DNA of 6,714 nucleotides from a virus (Duplodnaviria; Heunggongvirae; Uroviricota; Caudoviricetes): IMG/VR virus record IMGVR_UViG_2693429557_000009, positions 1 to 6,714 of that record; one strand, 5' to 3'. Shown piece by piece: positions 5,977 to 6,714 of this stretch (position 1 is its first letter; each line of letters starts with the position of its first letter). The notes under the pieces were generated by a model. It saw only the letters and a program-made list of their open reading frames with translations, ran no database searches and was not told where the DNA came from. The position numbers and the translations under genes were made by a program.

Positions 5977-6007
5977 GCCATCAGTACTTAACTGGTGGCT
6001 TTTTTTA
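5977..6007 (+). terminator. Intrinsic terminator between nanS-p and the holin gene
   Basis: 8 bp stem gccatcag/ctggtggc (one G-U pair), 7 nt loop, followed by TTTTTTTATT. Confidence 0.6.
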
Positions 6008-6041
6008 TTGTTGTCAGCTTCCGGATAACGGGAGACGGGGT

Positions 6042-6257
6042 ATGTACCAGATGGAAAAAATCACAACAGGTGTGTCATACACCACGTCAGCGGTGGGAAC
6101 GGGCTACTGGTTCCTGCAGTTGCTGGACAGGGTTTCCCCGTCTCAGTGGGCGGCAATAGGCGTGCTGGGGAGTCTGCTGTTTGGGCTGCTGACATATCTG
6201 ACTAACCTGTATTTCAAAATCAGAGAGGACCGTCGTAAGGCTGCACGGGGAGAGTAA
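6042..6257 (+). CDS. S: Holin S (71 aa, lambdoid 21/933W-type class II holin) with dual-start motif
   Basis: Starts MYQMEK (ATG 6042 and 6051, the dual-start arrangement for holin/antiholin isoforms); RBS GGAGACGGGG upstream; two hydrophobic segments (GYWFLQLL and [23 protein letters not shown]); charged C-terminus [11 protein letters not shown]. The ORF-track start at 5964 lies inside the upstream terminator hairpin, so the shorter form is preferred. Confidence 0.85.
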   Translation: MYQMEKITTGVSYTTSAVGTGYWFLQLLDRVSPSQWAAIGVLGSLLFGLLTYLTNLYFKIREDRRKAARGE

Positions 6258-6261
6258 TTCA

Positions 6262-6576
6262 ATGACTCAAAACTATGAACTGATTGTGAAAGGGATCCGC
6301 AATTTTGAGAATAAAGTTACGGTAACTTTAGCGTTACGGGACAAAAAACGCTTTGACGGTGAAATTTTTGACCTGGACATCTCGCTGGACCGTGTTGAAG
6401 GTGCCGCGCTGGAGTTTTATGAGGCAGCAGCCAGAAGGAGCATCAGACAGGTCTTCTTGGATGTTGCTGCCGGGTTATGTGAAGGGGACGAGCTGTTGCC
6501 AGAAACGCGCCCCTGTTCAGAGGCGCGGTATACCATAAAAATTAACAGTTCTGATAACTCGATTACGGGTTGTTAG
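6262..6576 (+). CDS. DUF1327/YdfR-like protein of unknown function within the lysis cassette
   Basis: 104 aa ORF with SD GGGGAGAG 8 nt upstream of the ATG; placed between holin and the presumptive endolysin, the same slot as ydfR in the E. coli Qin prophage (essQ-ydfR-rrrQ) as recalled; no catalytic motif recognised. Confidence 0.65.
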   Translation: MTQNYELIVKGIRNFENKVTVTLALRDKKRFDGEIFDLDISLDRVEGAALEFYEAAARRSIRQVFLDVAAGLCEGDELLPETRPCSEARYTIKINSSDNSITGC

Positions 6577-6631
6577 CTTTTTGCAGTTGGCTTTCCAGTA
6601 TCTTTCATTGGTAGCATCCTGATAAATATCC

Positions 6632-6714
6632 ATGAGCGCAAAAATCAAATACGGCCTGTCAGCTGCTGTTCTGGCGCTGATTGCAAAATGGCATCTGAAT
6701 CGATCGCAGTTTGG
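6632..6714 (+). CDS. 5' end of probable endolysin (lysozyme R with signal-anchor-release-like N-terminus), truncated by window end
   Basis: N-terminus MSAKIKYGLSAAVLALIA is a Gly/Ala-rich weakly hydrophobic segment like SAR-type phage lysozymes and resembles the Qin lysozyme N-terminus as I recall it; position after holin. Only 27 codons visible; no SD. Confidence 0.45.
   Translation, partial: MSAKIKYGLSAAVLALIAKWHLNRSQF

Noticed and set aside
6353-6538. Alternative-frame ORF 6353..6538 inside the DUF1327-like gene
   Set aside because: Nested out of frame within a longer ORF that has a good SD; no support.
1-6714. CRISPR arrays, IS elements or transposase, integrase, and a restriction endonuclease partner for the MTase
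   Set aside because: No regularly spaced direct repeats, no terminal inverted repeats flanking a transposase-like ORF, and no additional unassigned ORF of suitable size near the MTase were seen.

Overview
All supported genes lie on the + strand and form the late-regulatory, cargo and lysis segment of a lambdoid, Stx-phage-like enterobacterial prophage. Order: nin-region small ORF, RusA resolvase and antiterminator Q (translationally coupled); a lambda-type late promoter PR' with pause element and tR' terminator; a small winged-helix ORF with its own terminator; an orphan beta-class DNA amino-methyltransferase; a tRNA triad (Ile-CAU, Arg-UCG, Arg-UCU); about 500 bp of non-coding DNA with promoter and terminator signals at the position where stxAB sits in toxin-converting phages; a NanS-p type sialate O-acetylesterase; a terminator; a class II holin with dual start; a DUF1327/YdfR-like ORF; and the first 27 codons of a probable endolysin cut by the window end. 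No Shiga toxin, CRISPR or transposase was seen. The most interesting candidates are the winged-helix plus orphan methyltransferase module and the ORF-free stx-position region, which may encode small RNAs. All calls rest on reading the sequence and recalled family signatures; no database search was run.
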